Positions 40,370 through 51,696 of a DNA stretch of 64,000 bases are shown piece by piece (the first letter of the stretch is position 1; every line of letters begins with the position of its first letter). The translations under genes and the position numbers were made by a program. The notes beneath the pieces are model-generated. The model was not told the DNA's origin, did no database searches, and saw nothing but the letters and a program-made list of their open reading frames with translations. The stretch comes from Alphaproteobacteria bacterium (lineage in GTDB: Bacteria > Pseudomonadota > Alphaproteobacteria > GCA-2731375), in contig CBDDBZ010000039.1 in assembly GCA_965225945.1 (NCBI GenBank), positions 544,001-608,000 of the forward strand. Reading direction: 5' to 3'.

Positions 40370-43300
40370 TATCCCGCCAAGCGCCATGAATGGCGACTTC
40401 CTGGCCGCCGCTTTTTTTGATCACCGCTCGCGCGGCCCGTCGGGGGAGCGGGGCGGCCGGAACTTACATCGAATGGTTTCAGACGGCGCGGACAACGCTC
40501 TACCATCGCGTCGCGCGCGCGGCCGAGCAGGCGGAACAGCTTGCCGGCATCGGAGCCCAGCATTGTGCTCCGGGTGGTCTCGCCTTTATCGTCGGCGCCG
40601 GCGAGGGCGAGATAGGCCTCGAAGGCGGCCAGGTAGGCATCGGCCTGGGCGCAGAAGGCGGCGTTCTCCCGGTATTCCCGTGCGAGCCGGTCGCCGGCCC
40701 TTTCCTCGCCGCCCGGGCGGCGGATCAGCTTGGAGAGGAAGTGACCGTCGCTCGCCGGCGCCGATTTCTCCGCGAGGTCGAGCCGGGCGAGATCGAGGCC
40801 GAGCCGGTTCAGGGCATTTTCGATAGCAGCGAGGCTGGAGAGGAAATCACCGGCGGCCACCCCGTCCTCGGCGATCCCGCTCGTCTCCGGGGCCGGCAGC
40901 GCCTTCGGCCGGCCGGCCTCCGGCGTGGGTTCCGCCACCTCCAGGGTTCGCGCGGTTAGCTCGCCCAGATCGTCGACATGGCGGGCCAGGCGCGAGACCA
41001 GCGAATCCGTCGTCGCCGACAGCGCCATCAATCGCGCCTCCAGCATCGCCGCGCGCTGATCGGCGAGGTCGCTGGCGCCGGCTATCGCCTCGCCCGCCTT
41101 TCGGATCAAGGCCTCCACCCGTTGGTCGAGCCGGCTCTCGGCGCCCTCGACGCGGTCGATGAGGGTCGCCAGCAGGCCAGCGATCTGCTCTTGCCGTTGG
41201 CTCAGCTCGCAACCTGCCTCGACCAGTCGCGTGAGCTCGCCCGAGGTCTCGGCCTGGAGTTCTTGGATCCGCCCGTCGAGCTCCCGTGCGCCGTCGCGTA
41301 GTCGATTAGCGCCTTGTTCGGCGGTGGCACCCAGGCGTTCGATATCCTCGGCAACCTTGCTCGCGGCCGCCGCGCCCTGGTCGCCGCCGGCCTCGAGCGC
41401 TGTCGCCGCCGTCGCCACCGCCCGCGTACCGCGCTCCATCGCGGCTTCCATCGCCGTCGCCGTCCGCGCCAATTCGGCCCGCGCCGCCTCGGCCGCGCCG
41501 AGGCTCTCCCGGCCCTCGCGGTACAGATTCGCGCGTGTCGCCGCGCCCTCGCGGACGAAGGCTTCGAGCTCCGCACGGGCCCGGCCGACGGCCTCGACGA
41601 GCGTCGATTCGGTCGTCTCGGCCACGCCGTCCGTCCGCTCCAGTAAGGTCGCGAGCGCGCCCAGGCCTTCGTTCAGCCGCGCGAGCCGCGCCTCCGCCTC
41701 GGCGAATTCGTGTGCGGCCGCCTGGAGCCCGCTCGTCCCCACGCTCGCCGCCCGATCCAGCGCCTCGACACCGTCGTCGAGTTTCGCCGTCGTCGAGGCC
41801 AGCGCCGCCCCGGCCCTGGCGCCGGCCTCGGCGATGTGGTCGAGCTCCTCTCCGAGGGCGCGGCCGAGCACCTCGACCTCGCCCGCCTGGTTCCGGGCCG
41901 CCGTCAGCAGTCGCGCGCCGTCGCCGGCGAGCCGTTCGCCCATGCCCTCGAGCCGGGTCGTCGCCTCGTCGAGGCTCGCCGTCAGGGCCGCTCGCTGTGC
42001 TTCCACCGAAGCGGCCAGCGCGTTGCCCTTCCGGGTCACCGCGTCCGCCATGGCGTCGAGGCTCCGCAACCGCTCAGCCATGGAGGCGGCAAGCGATTCG
42101 GCGCTCGTATCGCTCGCCTGGGCGCTCTCCGCCAGAGCTTCGCGGTGGCGCGCCAGGACCTCGCCCATGGTCCGCGCGCGCGCCTCCGCGGCGTCGGCGG
42201 TTTCGTCGAATACCCGGCCCAGTCGGGTCATCTCCGCCTCGATCGTCCGCAGACGGTCCTCGGCGCCTGCAAGCGATTCGCCGAGCCCTTCGATCCTGGT
42301 CCCGATTCGATCGGTCGTGGCACCCAGCTCGAGCTGCCTGTCGCCAAGCATCGTTGCCGCCGAGGCCAAGACCTCGGCCTGGGTCTGGGCGTCGCTCGCC
42401 AGGGCCTCTTCTCGCTCGGCGAGCGTCGCGGCCTCTTCGCCCACGATGCGCATTGCCCCTTCCAGCGCCTCGTTCGCGGCCTCGATCCGCCGCGCGCTCT
42501 CGGCGCCGGCGCCGGCCAGGGCCGCCTGGTGATCGCCGAGCTCGTCCGTCGCCTGGGCCAGGCGATCCACCGCCTCGACTCCCAACCGGGCGAGCGCCTC
42601 GGCCCGGACTTCCAAGCGATCGCCGGCGTCGTCCAATTCCTGGACGCTCACTTCAGCCGCCGTCGAGAGCGCGCTTCGCCGCGCCTCGAATTCGTCACCC
42701 GCCTGGCGCACCGCCTCGGCGACGCCGAGCGCCACCTCGACCGCGCGCGCACCGCGCCGGGCGATGCTCGCCTCGATCGCGCGGGCCCGTTCGTCGACCT
42801 GCCGCGAGGTGCCCTCGATCCGCTCGGCGTCGCGGCTCAGCAACTTGCTCATCCGCGAGACCCGGCTGTCGAGATCGTCGAGTACGCCGTCGAGCCGAGC
42901 CGCCTGGGCATCGAGCGCGAGCCCGGCCTCGCGGCCCCGAACCTCCGCCAGCGACACCGTCGCCATCAGCAACGAGGCCTGGTCGCGGATTGCCAGGCCG
43001 ACCTCGCGGGCCCGCTCGGCCGCTTCGCCGACCATGCTCGCGGCCAGCTCGCCGCGGCGTCGGAGACTGGTTTCCAGGTCCTTGTGGTGATAGGCGATAA
43101 GCTCCGAGGCGCGAGCCAGCGAGCGGGCCCGTTCGTCGAGCTGGCGGGCGCTCTCAGCCGAGCGCGCGTTCGCCTCCTCGGCGGTCTTGCGCAGCAGTTC
43201 GGCGCGATGGCCGAGCGTTATCTCGCTTTCCCGCGCGGCCTCCGCCGCCGCGTTTACCACCGTGGTCAAGGCCTCGATCGAGCGCTCGGTTGCCGTGCGG

Positions 43301-43711
43301 GCGATCTCGGCGTGGCGCTCCAGGCCGGCCGCGACCGAGCGCATGCGCGCATCTCCCCCGGGCGCGGGGAAGGCCAAGGCGTCGAGACGGGCCTTCGAGC
43401 GCCCTGGCGTGGCGCTCGAAGGCCTCGCCCCGGCGGAGATAGAGCAGCACCAGCCATAGCAGGATCGCCGGCGCCGCCACCCCCGCCGCCGCCATCGCCA
43501 ACTCGTGCGCCGGCAGCGCCACGAAGGCGCGTGCGCCGGTTTGATGGACGATGTAGCCCAGGACGAGAGCGAACCAGGCGAGGGTGGCGCCGACGCCGAT
43601 CAGCGGAACTCGACGATGCCCGCCGGCGCGCGCGCCGGCGACGTCGACCTCGGCCCGGGGCTCGCTGGCGACCAGCGGCAGGGCGGAATTGGGGAGTTCG
43701 ATCTCGGCCAT
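40321..43711 (-). pseudogene. Large membrane-anchored coiled-coil protein (TipN/GPR-like polar scaffold) split by a 1-bp frameshift near 43394
   Basis: ORF 43154-43711 has two TM helices ending LLWLVLLYLRRG...ALE and continues as ARLDALAFP in the frame of ORF 40321-43377; C-terminus YLAAFE...TMLGSDAGKLFRLL. Confidence 0.7.
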
Positions 43712-43724
43712 GGCGGGCCTCGTC

Positions 43725-44411
43725 TCAATTTCGGCTTCGGATCGTGGCGCGGGCCGCGAAAAGCTTCGGCGCGGGCCGCGCGACGGTGGGGTGGCGAACG
43801 TGCTGGACCATGTAGAAGCGCGGCGCCGGACCGGTATGGGTCACCGACATGGAGAAGCGCACGATGCCGTCGGGCGGCACCCGGCCCTGGCTGAAGCGCA
43901 GCAGGTCGCGCGGCTCCAGAATGTCCTCGACCTTGGCGAAGACGTCGGACCTGAAGGGCCGGTTGACTTGTGCCGACTGAGCGAAGGAGAGGCCGTCGTA
44001 ATAGTCGCTGGCGACGCCCGGGCGTTTTTCCAGCTCGATGTTGAAGAATTGCCAGGTGCCGGTGGTCCGGTTGCGCACCACCTTGACGAGCGCGAAGCCG
44101 GTCTGGTGGGAGGTTTTGACCCGGCTGCCGAAGCTGCGGGACACCGTGACGAAAACGATGGCATCGCCTCCGTCGACGATTTCCTCCCGCAGGACGAAGG
44201 GATCGGCGAGCGTGCCGGTGCCGCTGACGCCCAGCAGGCGAAGGTTGGCCGAGGCCTCGGCGAAGGTCACGCCCTCGAGCGTGATGGCCCCCGCCCCGGC
44301 CGGCGAGGCGGTCCCCAATAGCAGGGCCGGGAACATCCCGAACGACAGGATCAGCGCCCGGAAGCCCTTACGAATCAAATGCTTGTCGACGTTTCTTGGC
44401 ATAACCGCCAA
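43725..44411 (-). CDS. Hypothetical exported protein
   Basis: Signal-like segment, then G.GT..DPF...EE and SDYYDGLSF; host-like codon usage. Confidence 0.65.
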   Translation of the reverse strand: MAVMPRNVDKHLIRKGFRALILSFGMFPALLLGTASPAGAGAITLEGVTFAEASANLRLLGVSGTGTLADPFVLREEIVDGGDAIVFVTVSRSFGSRVKTSHQTGFALVKVVRNRTTGTWQFFNIELEKRPGVASDYYDGLSFAQSAQVNRPFRSDVFAKVEDILEPRDLLRFSQGRVPPDGIVRFSMSVTHTGPAPRFYMVQHVRHPTVARPAPKLFAARATIRSRN

Positions 44412-44487
44412 TTATCCGGGCGGTCGGGCGCGAAAGTCAAAGGGTATTGCGGCGTTCTTCCCCGCCAGCGTGGCGGATTTGCCACCG

Positions 44488-45552
44488 TCAGAGGCGCGCC
44501 ATCACCTGCTCGGAGAAGGCCTGCGCGAAGTGCCATTTGGCGTCCACGCCGGTGGCGAACATCAGCTCCTGCAAGCCCTCCGCCTCCAACGCGCGGATGG
44601 TCTCGATCAGCTCGTCGGCGGTGCCGACCAGGCAGGTATCGCGGATGAGCTGCTCGTCGATCAGCTCGGCCTCGCCCGGATGCAGGTAGGTGTAGTGGTA
44701 CTCGTGGGTGCGGAAGTGGCGGTGGGCCTCCGGCGTCTCGGCCACCAGCTCGCAATAGGGCTTCCACAGCCGCTGCAGGAAGTCCGGCGGCTCCCGTCCC
44801 TTCTCGTGCACCTGGTCGTGGAAATAATACACGCTGGCCATGACGTTGGGGCCGATCGCGCGCTTCACCCGATCGGAGGCGACCGCCTCGCCCGGCTCCA
44901 GCAGCACGATGTTGGTGAGCGCGCAGTTGAGGAAGCCGTCGAGCGGCCGGCCGGCCCGGGCCGCGCCCTGGCGGACATGCGCCATCGCCTGCGGCACGGC
45001 GATGCCGCGCGGTGGGATCGCGAACACCAGGCCGTCGCCGTATTCCCCCGCGAGGCCCATGGCGCGGGGCCCGAAGCCCGAGACGTAGAGCGGGATCTTG
45101 GGCTCCAGGTTCATGTATTTGTGCTCGTGCATCAACATCTTGATCGGCTTGGTGACGCCGTCGAAGGTGTAGTCGACCGCCTCGCCCCGGAGGAGCGCGC
45201 TCAGCACGCGCAGGTATTCGCGGTAATCCGCGATCCGCATCGGCGGCTGGCCCATGGTGCGGGTCGCGGTGTTGCCGGTGGCGATGGCGAGATGGACCCG
45301 GCCGGGCGCGATCCGATTGAGGCTCGCGATCGCCGCGACGTGGACCGGCGGAATGCGGGTACCGGCGATCGAGGTGCCGGTGCCGAGCCGGAGCGTGCGG
45401 GTTTGCTTGGCCGCCAGCGCCAGCACCGCGTAACAGTCGGAGAACAGCATCTGGCTGTCGGTGACCCAGACTGCGTCGTAGCCCAGGTTTTCGGCATGGG
45501 TGAAGAAGCCGATCTCGTCGATATCGGCCATCACGCAGACGCCGAGCTTCAT
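44488..45552 (-). CDS. LLM-class flavin-dependent oxidoreductase
   Basis: AENLGYDAVWVTDSQM, APGRVHLAIATG and AGEYGDG motifs. Confidence 0.88.
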   Translation of the reverse strand: MKLGVCVMADIDEIGFFTHAENLGYDAVWVTDSQMLFSDCYAVLALAAKQTRTLRLGTGTSIAGTRIPPVHVAAIASLNRIAPGRVHLAIATGNTATRTMGQPPMRIADYREYLRVLSALLRGEAVDYTFDGVTKPIKMLMHEHKYMNLEPKIPLYVSGFGPRAMGLAGEYGDGLVFAIPPRGIAVPQAMAHVRQGAARAGRPLDGFLNCALTNIVLLEPGEAVASDRVKRAIGPNVMASVYYFHDQVHEKGREPPDFLQRLWKPYCELVAETPEAHRHFRTHEYHYTYLHPGEAELIDEQLIRDTCLVGTADELIETIRALEAEGLQELMFATGVDAKWHFAQAFSEQVMARL

Positions 45553-46301
45553 CGGCTGCCTCCCTTGCCGGCGAGCTTGCGGCCCGCCGCCGCGAAGCCA
45601 CCGGTCGCGGCGATCAACTGGTTGAGCTGTCGGCCCATGTCGAGGGCGTTGTCGAGGGGCATGTTTTCCGCCGCCCGGAAGCTGTCGCGGGTGAGCTTGA
45701 CGGCACGGCGGTCGAGCGCGGCGAGGCGGCCGGCGAACGCCGTCTTCAGCTCCGCCAGCGCCGCCGCGTCCTCGGCCAGGTGGTTGATCAGGCCGACGGC
45801 ATGCAGCCGCGTCGCCGGGATAGGCTCGCCGAAGAGGGCGAACTCCAGCCCCAGCCTCGGGCCGACCAGGCGAGCCAGCACCGGAGTGCAGACCGCCGCC
45901 GGGAAGCCGTGGCGCATCTCGTAGGCGCCGAACACGGCTTCCCGCGTCGCCAGCACGAAGTCGCAACCCATCGCCAAGGTGAAGCCGCCGGCAACGGCGT
46001 GGCCCTCGACCACGGCGAGGGAGGGGATGGCCGAGCGGTGCAGCAGGTGGAAGATCTCGACCCAGACCTCGTCCTCGGCTAAGGGGTCGTCGGTCGGCTC
46101 GGCGGCGGCCTTGAGGTCCCGCCCCGTGCTGAAGCCGCCGCCGGCGCCCTCGATCACCAAGACTCGGACCTCAGCCTCCCGCCCCGCCGCCCGAATCGCG
46201 TCGCCGAGCGCCCGGGCCGTGCCCAAGTCGATGGCGTTGCGCCGCTCCGGGCGATCGATGACCAGCCGCCGAATCCCGCCTTCGGTATCGATTTGGATCA
46301 T
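45549..46301 (-). CDS. Enoyl-CoA hydratase/isomerase family protein
   Basis: RPERRNA, FSTGRDL and GHAVAGG..LAMGCD motifs. Confidence 0.9.
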   Translation of the reverse strand: MIQIDTEGGIRRLVIDRPERRNAIDLGTARALGDAIRAAGREAEVRVLVIEGAGGGFSTGRDLKAAAEPTDDPLAEDEVWVEIFHLLHRSAIPSLAVVEGHAVAGGFTLAMGCDFVLATREAVFGAYEMRHGFPAAVCTPVLARLVGPRLGLEFALFGEPIPATRLHAVGLINHLAEDAAALAELKTAFAGRLAALDRRAVKLTRDSFRAAENMPLDNALDMGRQLNQLIAATGGFAAAGRKLAGKGGSR

Positions 46302-46379
46302 GACCCGTCTCCCCCGCTTGTCCGCCGGTCGAGGCTATGCGAACGAAGGCGCTCGGCATAGGGAGATCGGAGCCAAGCC

Positions 46380-47312
46380 ATGAGCGTGACCGCGCGGCGT
46401 TCGCTGGATGCGCCCATCGTTCGCCCCGACATGGACGGGCGGATGGGGCGTAATATCAACGGTCCCTCGCTGATCGCGGCGCCGCCGTGGCTGGCGCGCC
46501 CGCTCGCCTGCTATTACCTCTATTTCGCCGATCATCGGGGGAGCTACATCCGCCTGGCGCTGGCCGAGCGGATCGAGGGTCCCTGGCGGATGCACGAGGC
46601 GGGCTGCCTCGAGCTCGCCGATTCGCTGTTTTGCGCCGAGCGGCCGACGCCGCCGGGCCCGCCGCCCGCCGGAACGGCGCCGGGCGAGGATTGGCTTTAT
46701 CCCCACATCGCCTCGCCCGACGTCCATGTCGAGCCCGCCGAACAGCGGGTGCGGATGTATTTCCACGGCCTGATGGCGGATGGCAGCCAGACGACGCGGC
46801 TCGCGCTCTCCGAGGACGGGCTCCGTTTCGAGGTTCGACCGGAGGTACTGGGACCGGCCTATTTCCGCGTTTTCCGCCACGGGCGCCGGCACTACGCACA
46901 CGCCGACCGCAACCGTCTGTTCCGCTCCGCCGACGGGCTCGGCGGTTTCGAGGCGGGACCGACCATCTTCGATCCCGCCACCCGGCACGCTGCCCTGCTG
47001 GTTCGGGGCGATCGGCTGCACGTCTTCTGGACCCGAATCGGCGACGCGCCGGAGCGGATCCTGCACGCCCGCGTGGCGCTGAGAGCCGAGTGGGCCGATT
47101 GGCGGCTAACCGAGGCCCGGGAGCTATTGCGCCCGGAGCATTCGTGGGAGGGGGCGGCGCTTGCCCTTCGCCCGTCGATGCGCGGCGCCAGCGACGCGCC
47201 GGCGAACCAGCTCCGCGATCCCTGCGTCTTCGAGGAGGGCGGCCGAACCTGGCTGCTCTACGCCGCCGCCGGCGAGGCCGCCATCGGTCTCGCCGAGCTG
47301 GAGGGACTGTAG
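46380..47312 (+). CDS. Hypothetical protein with a glycoside-hydrolase-like beta-propeller
   Basis: NINGPSLI, YLYFADH.G, HIASPDV and QLRDP motifs. Confidence 0.7.
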   Translation: MSVTARRSLDAPIVRPDMDGRMGRNINGPSLIAAPPWLARPLACYYLYFADHRGSYIRLALAERIEGPWRMHEAGCLELADSLFCAERPTPPGPPPAGTAPGEDWLYPHIASPDVHVEPAEQRVRMYFHGLMADGSQTTRLALSEDGLRFEVRPEVLGPAYFRVFRHGRRHYAHADRNRLFRSADGLGGFEAGPTIFDPATRHAALLVRGDRLHVFWTRIGDAPERILHARVALRAEWADWRLTEARELLRPEHSWEGAALALRPSMRGASDAPANQLRDPCVFEEGGRTWLLYAAAGEAAIGLAELEGL

Positions 47313-47473
47313 TCGATGGTGAAAAACTCCCTCGGCTTCGCTTCGCCCGTTCCCCTGGCGAACAGCTTCAAACCTGAAGCGCTAGCCAACATCGAACGCA
47401 TCGGAGAAAATGATCTGGTGATCCCTGTTCCGCGTGTCGAGCGAGCGGGAACAGGTGTAAGGGGAGGCAGACG

Positions 47474-48193
47474 ATGTACACCAGGGAGCATGTGTCGGTG
47501 CGGGGCGAGCAAATGGAAGTCCTGATGTTCGATCCCGAGGGACGCGACGGCAATCCGGGGCTGATCGTCTGCCAGCACATTCCCAAGGCGCATGCCGGCC
47601 TGGAGAGCGATCCCTGGCAGATCGGCGTCGGCGAACGACTGGCCAAGGCGGGATATGCGGTGGCCATGCCCTTTCTCTTCCACTGGTGGCCGAGCGACGA
47701 GGACATCGACGTCAAACGACGGGAGTTTCCCGACGATTGGACGGTGGCCGACCTCGCCGCCGCCTATGACGCGTTGCGGAACCGCGAGGGCGTGGACGGT
47801 GCGCGGATCGCCATCATCGGCCATTGCTGGGGTGGCCGGGTGGCCTGGCTCGGCGCCTGCCATAATTCGAACCTGAAGGCCGCGGTGGTGCTTTACGGCG
47901 GCCGGATCAAACTTTCGATGGCGGACAATGCGAGGCCCCCGATCGAGCTGGCCGACCGCATCCCCTGTCCCGTGCTGGGCCTATTCGGAAACGAGGACCA
48001 AAATCCCTCGCCCGCCGACGTCGACGATCTCGACGCCGCGCTGACCGAGGCCGGCGTGGTCCACGAATTCCAGCGCTACGACGGCGCCGGGCACGGTTTC
48101 CAAGACGACTCCAACGCCGAGCGCTACCGAGAGGCCCAAGCCGACGACGCTTGGGAGAAAATCCATGATTTTCTTGCTCGCGTACTGCACTGA
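47474..48193 (+). CDS. Dienelactone hydrolase family protein
   Basis: GHCWGG nucleophile motif, FGNED and YDGAGHGF. Confidence 0.9.
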   Translation: MYTREHVSVRGEQMEVLMFDPEGRDGNPGLIVCQHIPKAHAGLESDPWQIGVGERLAKAGYAVAMPFLFHWWPSDEDIDVKRREFPDDWTVADLAAAYDALRNREGVDGARIAIIGHCWGGRVAWLGACHNSNLKAAVVLYGGRIKLSMADNARPPIELADRIPCPVLGLFGNEDQNPSPADVDDLDAALTEAGVVHEFQRYDGAGHGFQDDSNAERYREAQADDAWEKIHDFLARVLH

Positions 48194-48250
48194 CGCCAGG
48201 GGACGTCGCGGCGCCCCCGGCGCGGCGAACGGCTACGATCCCGAAGCGCT

Positions 48251-49318
48251 TTAGAACGCGGCGGCGGCGGTCGGAACGGTGGCCCGAATTCCGCCGACGG
48301 CGAGGCCCCGGGCATTGAGCACGGGCGGCTCCAGGAAGCGGGCGAGCGCGGCTTCGTCTTCGGGCCTGAACGCATCGAAGCGCCGCAACAGGGCGAGGAT
48401 CGCGACCTCCGCCGCCCGGCCCGCGCCGTCTCGTGCCTTGACCGCGATGCCGAGCCCGGTCTCGACGATTCCCGCGAGGTAGACGCCCTCGGCCCCGGTC
48501 TTGGCCACCACGCGGCCGGCGCAGGTTTCGAGCAGGGTCGAGTTGCCCGAAGCGAGACCCCGAACCATCTCTGGCTGGGCCCACATCGCCCGGGCGATTC
48601 GCCGGCAGGCGGCGGCGCGGACCGGCGCGAGATCGTCGGGCCGGGCGAGGCGGGCGAAGGCGCGCGCCAGCGCCGCCAGCGGCAAGGCCGGATTGGGCGC
48701 CGAGCAACCGTCGATGCCGATGGCCAAATCCGCGCCCTCCAGCCCCGCCATATCCCTGATCGCGGCGAGAATGCGGACTTGCGCGGGATGCGCGGAATCG
48801 AGATAGCTTTGCTTCGCCTCGGCCATGTGGACGACGTGGCTCAGCATGCCGGCGTGCTTGCCGGAACAGTTGTTGTGCGCGGGGCCGGGCACGGTGCCGG
48901 TGGCGAGAAGCGCTTCCAAGGCTTGCGGTAGCCCCGGCCAATGGGCGCCGCAGGCGAGGTCGTCCTCAGCCAGCCCCAGGCGGGCGAGCCAGGCCCGGAC
49001 CGTCTCCACGTGCACCGGTTCGCCCAGATGGCTGGCGCAGGCGAGCGCCACCTCCCGCTCGTCGAGCGCGAAGGCGTCGGCGGCACCGGTCTCGATCAAC
49101 GCCAAGGCCTGCAGCGGTTTGATCGCCGAGCGGGGATAGACGGCATGATCGACCTCGCCCCAGCGGGCGACGCGGCGGCCGTCGGTGTCGACGACGACGG
49201 CGTCCACGGCATGGCGGCTCTCGACCAGCTCGCCGCGCGTTACCGCGACGGTGATCGGGGCGTCACCGGGCGCGCCTGGATCGATTCCTCGGGGCAAATC
49301 GGGCGTCGGATTTTCCAT
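48251..49318 (-). CDS. L-asparaginase II (Rhizobium AnsA type)
   Basis: RSAIKPLQA, CASH.GE, NNCSGKH, DGCSAP and KTGAEG motifs. Confidence 0.9.
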   Translation of the reverse strand: MENPTPDLPRGIDPGAPGDAPITVAVTRGELVESRHAVDAVVVDTDGRRVARWGEVDHAVYPRSAIKPLQALALIETGAADAFALDEREVALACASHLGEPVHVETVRAWLARLGLAEDDLACGAHWPGLPQALEALLATGTVPGPAHNNCSGKHAGMLSHVVHMAEAKQSYLDSAHPAQVRILAAIRDMAGLEGADLAIGIDGCSAPNPALPLAALARAFARLARPDDLAPVRAAACRRIARAMWAQPEMVRGLASGNSTLLETCAGRVVAKTGAEGVYLAGIVETGLGIAVKARDGAGRAAEVAILALLRRFDAFRPEDEAALARFLEPPVLNARGLAVGGIRATVPTAAAAF

Positions 49319-49387
49319 CGTCGCATCCTCGGTTATTCTGCACGACGCGCGCAAGCGGCGCGAATTCGAAGCGGGGCGGGCGCGGCC

Positions 49388-49945
49388 GTGAAGGCACCCA
49401 TCGGGCAACGGGGCTATTTCGCCGTCGGCGTCGAGCGGATCAGCAAGCCGATGAACGCGGGCAACCTGTTCCGCACCGCGCATGCCTTCGGCGCGAGCTT
49501 CCTCTTCACCATCGCCGCCGACTATCCCCGCCGGCGGGCTCCCTCGGACACCTCGCGGTCGCCCTTGCACCTGCCGCTCCACGAATTCGCCGACGTCGAG
49601 GCGCTCCGCCTGCCCGAGGGTTGCCGCCTGATCGGCATCGAATTGCTGGACGAGGCGGTGGAACTGCCGAGCTTTCGCCATCCGCCCCGCGCCGCCTATG
49701 TGCTGGGACCGGAGAAGGGCGCCCTCTCGCCGGCCCTGGTCGCCCGCTGCCAGGAAATCGTCAAGATCCCCAGTGCCTTCTGCATCAACGTCGCCACGGC
49801 CGGAGCCATCGTCATGTACGACCGCTTGATCACGCTGGGTCGCTTCGCCCGCCGACCGCTCTCCTCGCTCGGCGCGGCGGAGCCGCCGCCGGCGCACGTT
49901 CAGGGGGCGCAGATCTTCAGATCGGCGCGAGACGAGGGGAAATAG
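49388..49945 (+). CDS. SpoU/TrmH family RNA methyltransferase
   Basis: KPMNAGNLFR, YVLGPEKG and CINVATAG motifs. Confidence 0.88.
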   Translation: MKAPIGQRGYFAVGVERISKPMNAGNLFRTAHAFGASFLFTIAADYPRRRAPSDTSRSPLHLPLHEFADVEALRLPEGCRLIGIELLDEAVELPSFRHPPRAAYVLGPEKGALSPALVARCQEIVKIPSAFCINVATAGAIVMYDRLITLGRFARRPLSSLGAAEPPPAHVQGAQIFRSARDEGK

Positions 49946-50005
49946 CGCGAATAAGACCTCGCCGCCGCCTTCAAATCGCCGCGTTCGCCGACTATGTTAT
50001 CTGCC

Positions 50006-50518
50006 ATGATTCGCGGAATTATCATAATGGCCCTGGTCGGGCTGTTTCACGCGGGGCCAGCCGGCGCGCAGACGCCGAGCGAGGTCGCCAGCTTCAAGAA
50101 ATGGTCCGCCTACAAGCTGAAGCAGGACCGCGGCACCGCTTGCTACTTGGCCACTCAGCCGAGCTCGAGCCGCCCGAAGGGCGTCAAGCGCAGCGCGATC
50201 TGGCTGTTCGTGACGCACCGCCCCTTCGACAAGGTGCGTGACGAGGTCAGCTTGCACATGGGCTATCCCCTGAAGAAAGACAGCAACGTCGTCGTCGAGA
50301 TCGACGGCAGGAAGAAATACGATCTCTTCGGCCATGGCGAGACCGCCTGGGCGAAGACCCGGGAAATCGACCGCGAGCTGGTGGTGGCGATGCGCAAGGG
50401 CGCCACGATGGTGGTGCGCGGCGTCTCCAAGCGCGATACCAAGACCACCGATACCTATTCGCTGTCCGGCTTCACCCGGGCTCATGGCGCCATCGGCAAG
50501 GCCTGCCCCGGAAAATAG
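50006..50518 (+). CDS. Invasion-associated locus B (IalB) family exported protein
   Basis: Signal peptide, F.KW..Y, AMRKG and DTYSLSGFT...C; conserved position before rlmN. Confidence 0.85.
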   Translation: MIRGIIIMALVGLFHAGPAGAQTPSEVASFKKWSAYKLKQDRGTACYLATQPSSSRPKGVKRSAIWLFVTHRPFDKVRDEVSLHMGYPLKKDSNVVVEIDGRKKYDLFGHGETAWAKTREIDRELVVAMRKGATMVVRGVSKRDTKTTDTYSLSGFTRAHGAIGKACPGK

Positions 50519-50550
50519 TTGATTTCACAGGGAACGAAGTAGGAGCCGTC

Positions 50551-51696
50551 ATGGCGATTCCCGCGCGCCCGGAGACGCCGACGCCAGCGGCGGACGCGCG
50601 GCTCGACCTGGTCGGGCTCGACCGGGGCGAGCTGGCGGACGCCCTCGCCCGGCTCGACGTCCCGCAATCCCAAAGGCGAATGCGGGCCGGCCAGCTCTGG
50701 CATTGGCTCTATTACCGAGGCGCCCGCGACTTCGAAGCCATGACGACGATCTCGAAGGCGCTGCGGGCCCGGATGGCGGAGGTCTTCAGGATCTCCCGCC
50801 CCGAGGTCTCGAGGCAGCAACTTTCCCAGGACGGGACGCGTAAGTGGTTGCTGCGCTTCGCCGATGGAGTCGAGGCCGAGGCCGTCTACATCCCCGACAG
50901 CGATCGGGGCTCGCTCTGCATCTCCGCCCAAGTCGGTTGCACGCTCACCTGCGCCTTCTGCTACACCGGCACCCAGCGCCTGGTGCGTAATCTCGGGTCG
51001 GCGGAAATCATCGGCCAGTTCCTGCACGCCCGCGACCGCCTCGGCGAGTGGCCCTCGCCCAAGGAGGCGCGCCTGCTCTCCAATATCGTGATGATGGGGA
51101 TGGGCGAGCCGCTCTATAATTACGATAACGTCGCGGCGGCGCTCCGCATCGCCATGGACCCCGAGGGGATCGCGCTATCGCGCCGGCGGATCACGCTCTC
51201 GACCGCCGGCGTGGTGCCGATGATCGATCGGGTGGGGCGCGAGCTCGGCGTCAACCTCGCGGTCTCGCTGCACGCGGTACGCGACGAGGTGCGCGACCGC
51301 CTGGTGCCGATCAACCGCAAATACCCCATCGCCGAGCTGCTCCGGGCCTGCCGCGACTATCCCGCCGGCAACAATGCGCGCCGCATCACCTTCGAATACG
51401 TGATGCTGCGCGAGGTCAACGATTCGACCGCCGACGCGCGCGAACTGACCCGCCTGTTGCGGGGCATCCCGGCCAAGGTGAACCTCATTCCCTTCAACTC
51501 CTGGCCCGGTGCCGGCTTCGAGTGCTCCTCCAACAACGCGATCCGGCGCTTCGCGGAAATCGTCAACGAGGCTGGCTTCTCGGCGCCGGTCAGGGTGCCC
51601 CGGGGCCGCGACATCATGGCAGCCTGCGGTCAGTTGAAGAGCGCCAGTGAGCGCGCCCGCGGCTCGGCCGTCCCGGGTCGAGGGCCGCGCCCGTGA
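50551..51696 (+). CDS. rlmN: Dual-specificity RNA methyltransferase RlmN (radical SAM)
   Basis: [20 protein letters not shown] and AACGQL motifs. Confidence 0.97.
   Translation: MAIPARPETPTPAADARLDLVGLDRGELADALARLDVPQSQRRMRAGQLWHWLYYRGARDFEAMTTISKALRARMAEVFRISRPEVSRQQLSQDGTRKWLLRFADGVEAEAVYIPDSDRGSLCISAQVGCTLTCAFCYTGTQRLVRNLGSAEIIGQFLHARDRLGEWPSPKEARLLSNIVMMGMGEPLYNYDNVAAALRIAMDPEGIALSRRRITLSTAGVVPMIDRVGRELGVNLAVSLHAVRDEVRDRLVPINRKYPIAELLRACRDYPAGNNARRITFEYVMLREVNDSTADARELTRLLRGIPAKVNLIPFNSWPGAGFECSSNNAIRRFAEIVNEAGFSAPVRVPRGRDIMAACGQLKSASERARGSAVPGRGPRP

Noticed and set aside
40392-40418. Intrinsic terminator after the phosphatase gene
   Set aside because: A T7 tract is present but the stem is imperfect, so support is too weak to list as a feature.
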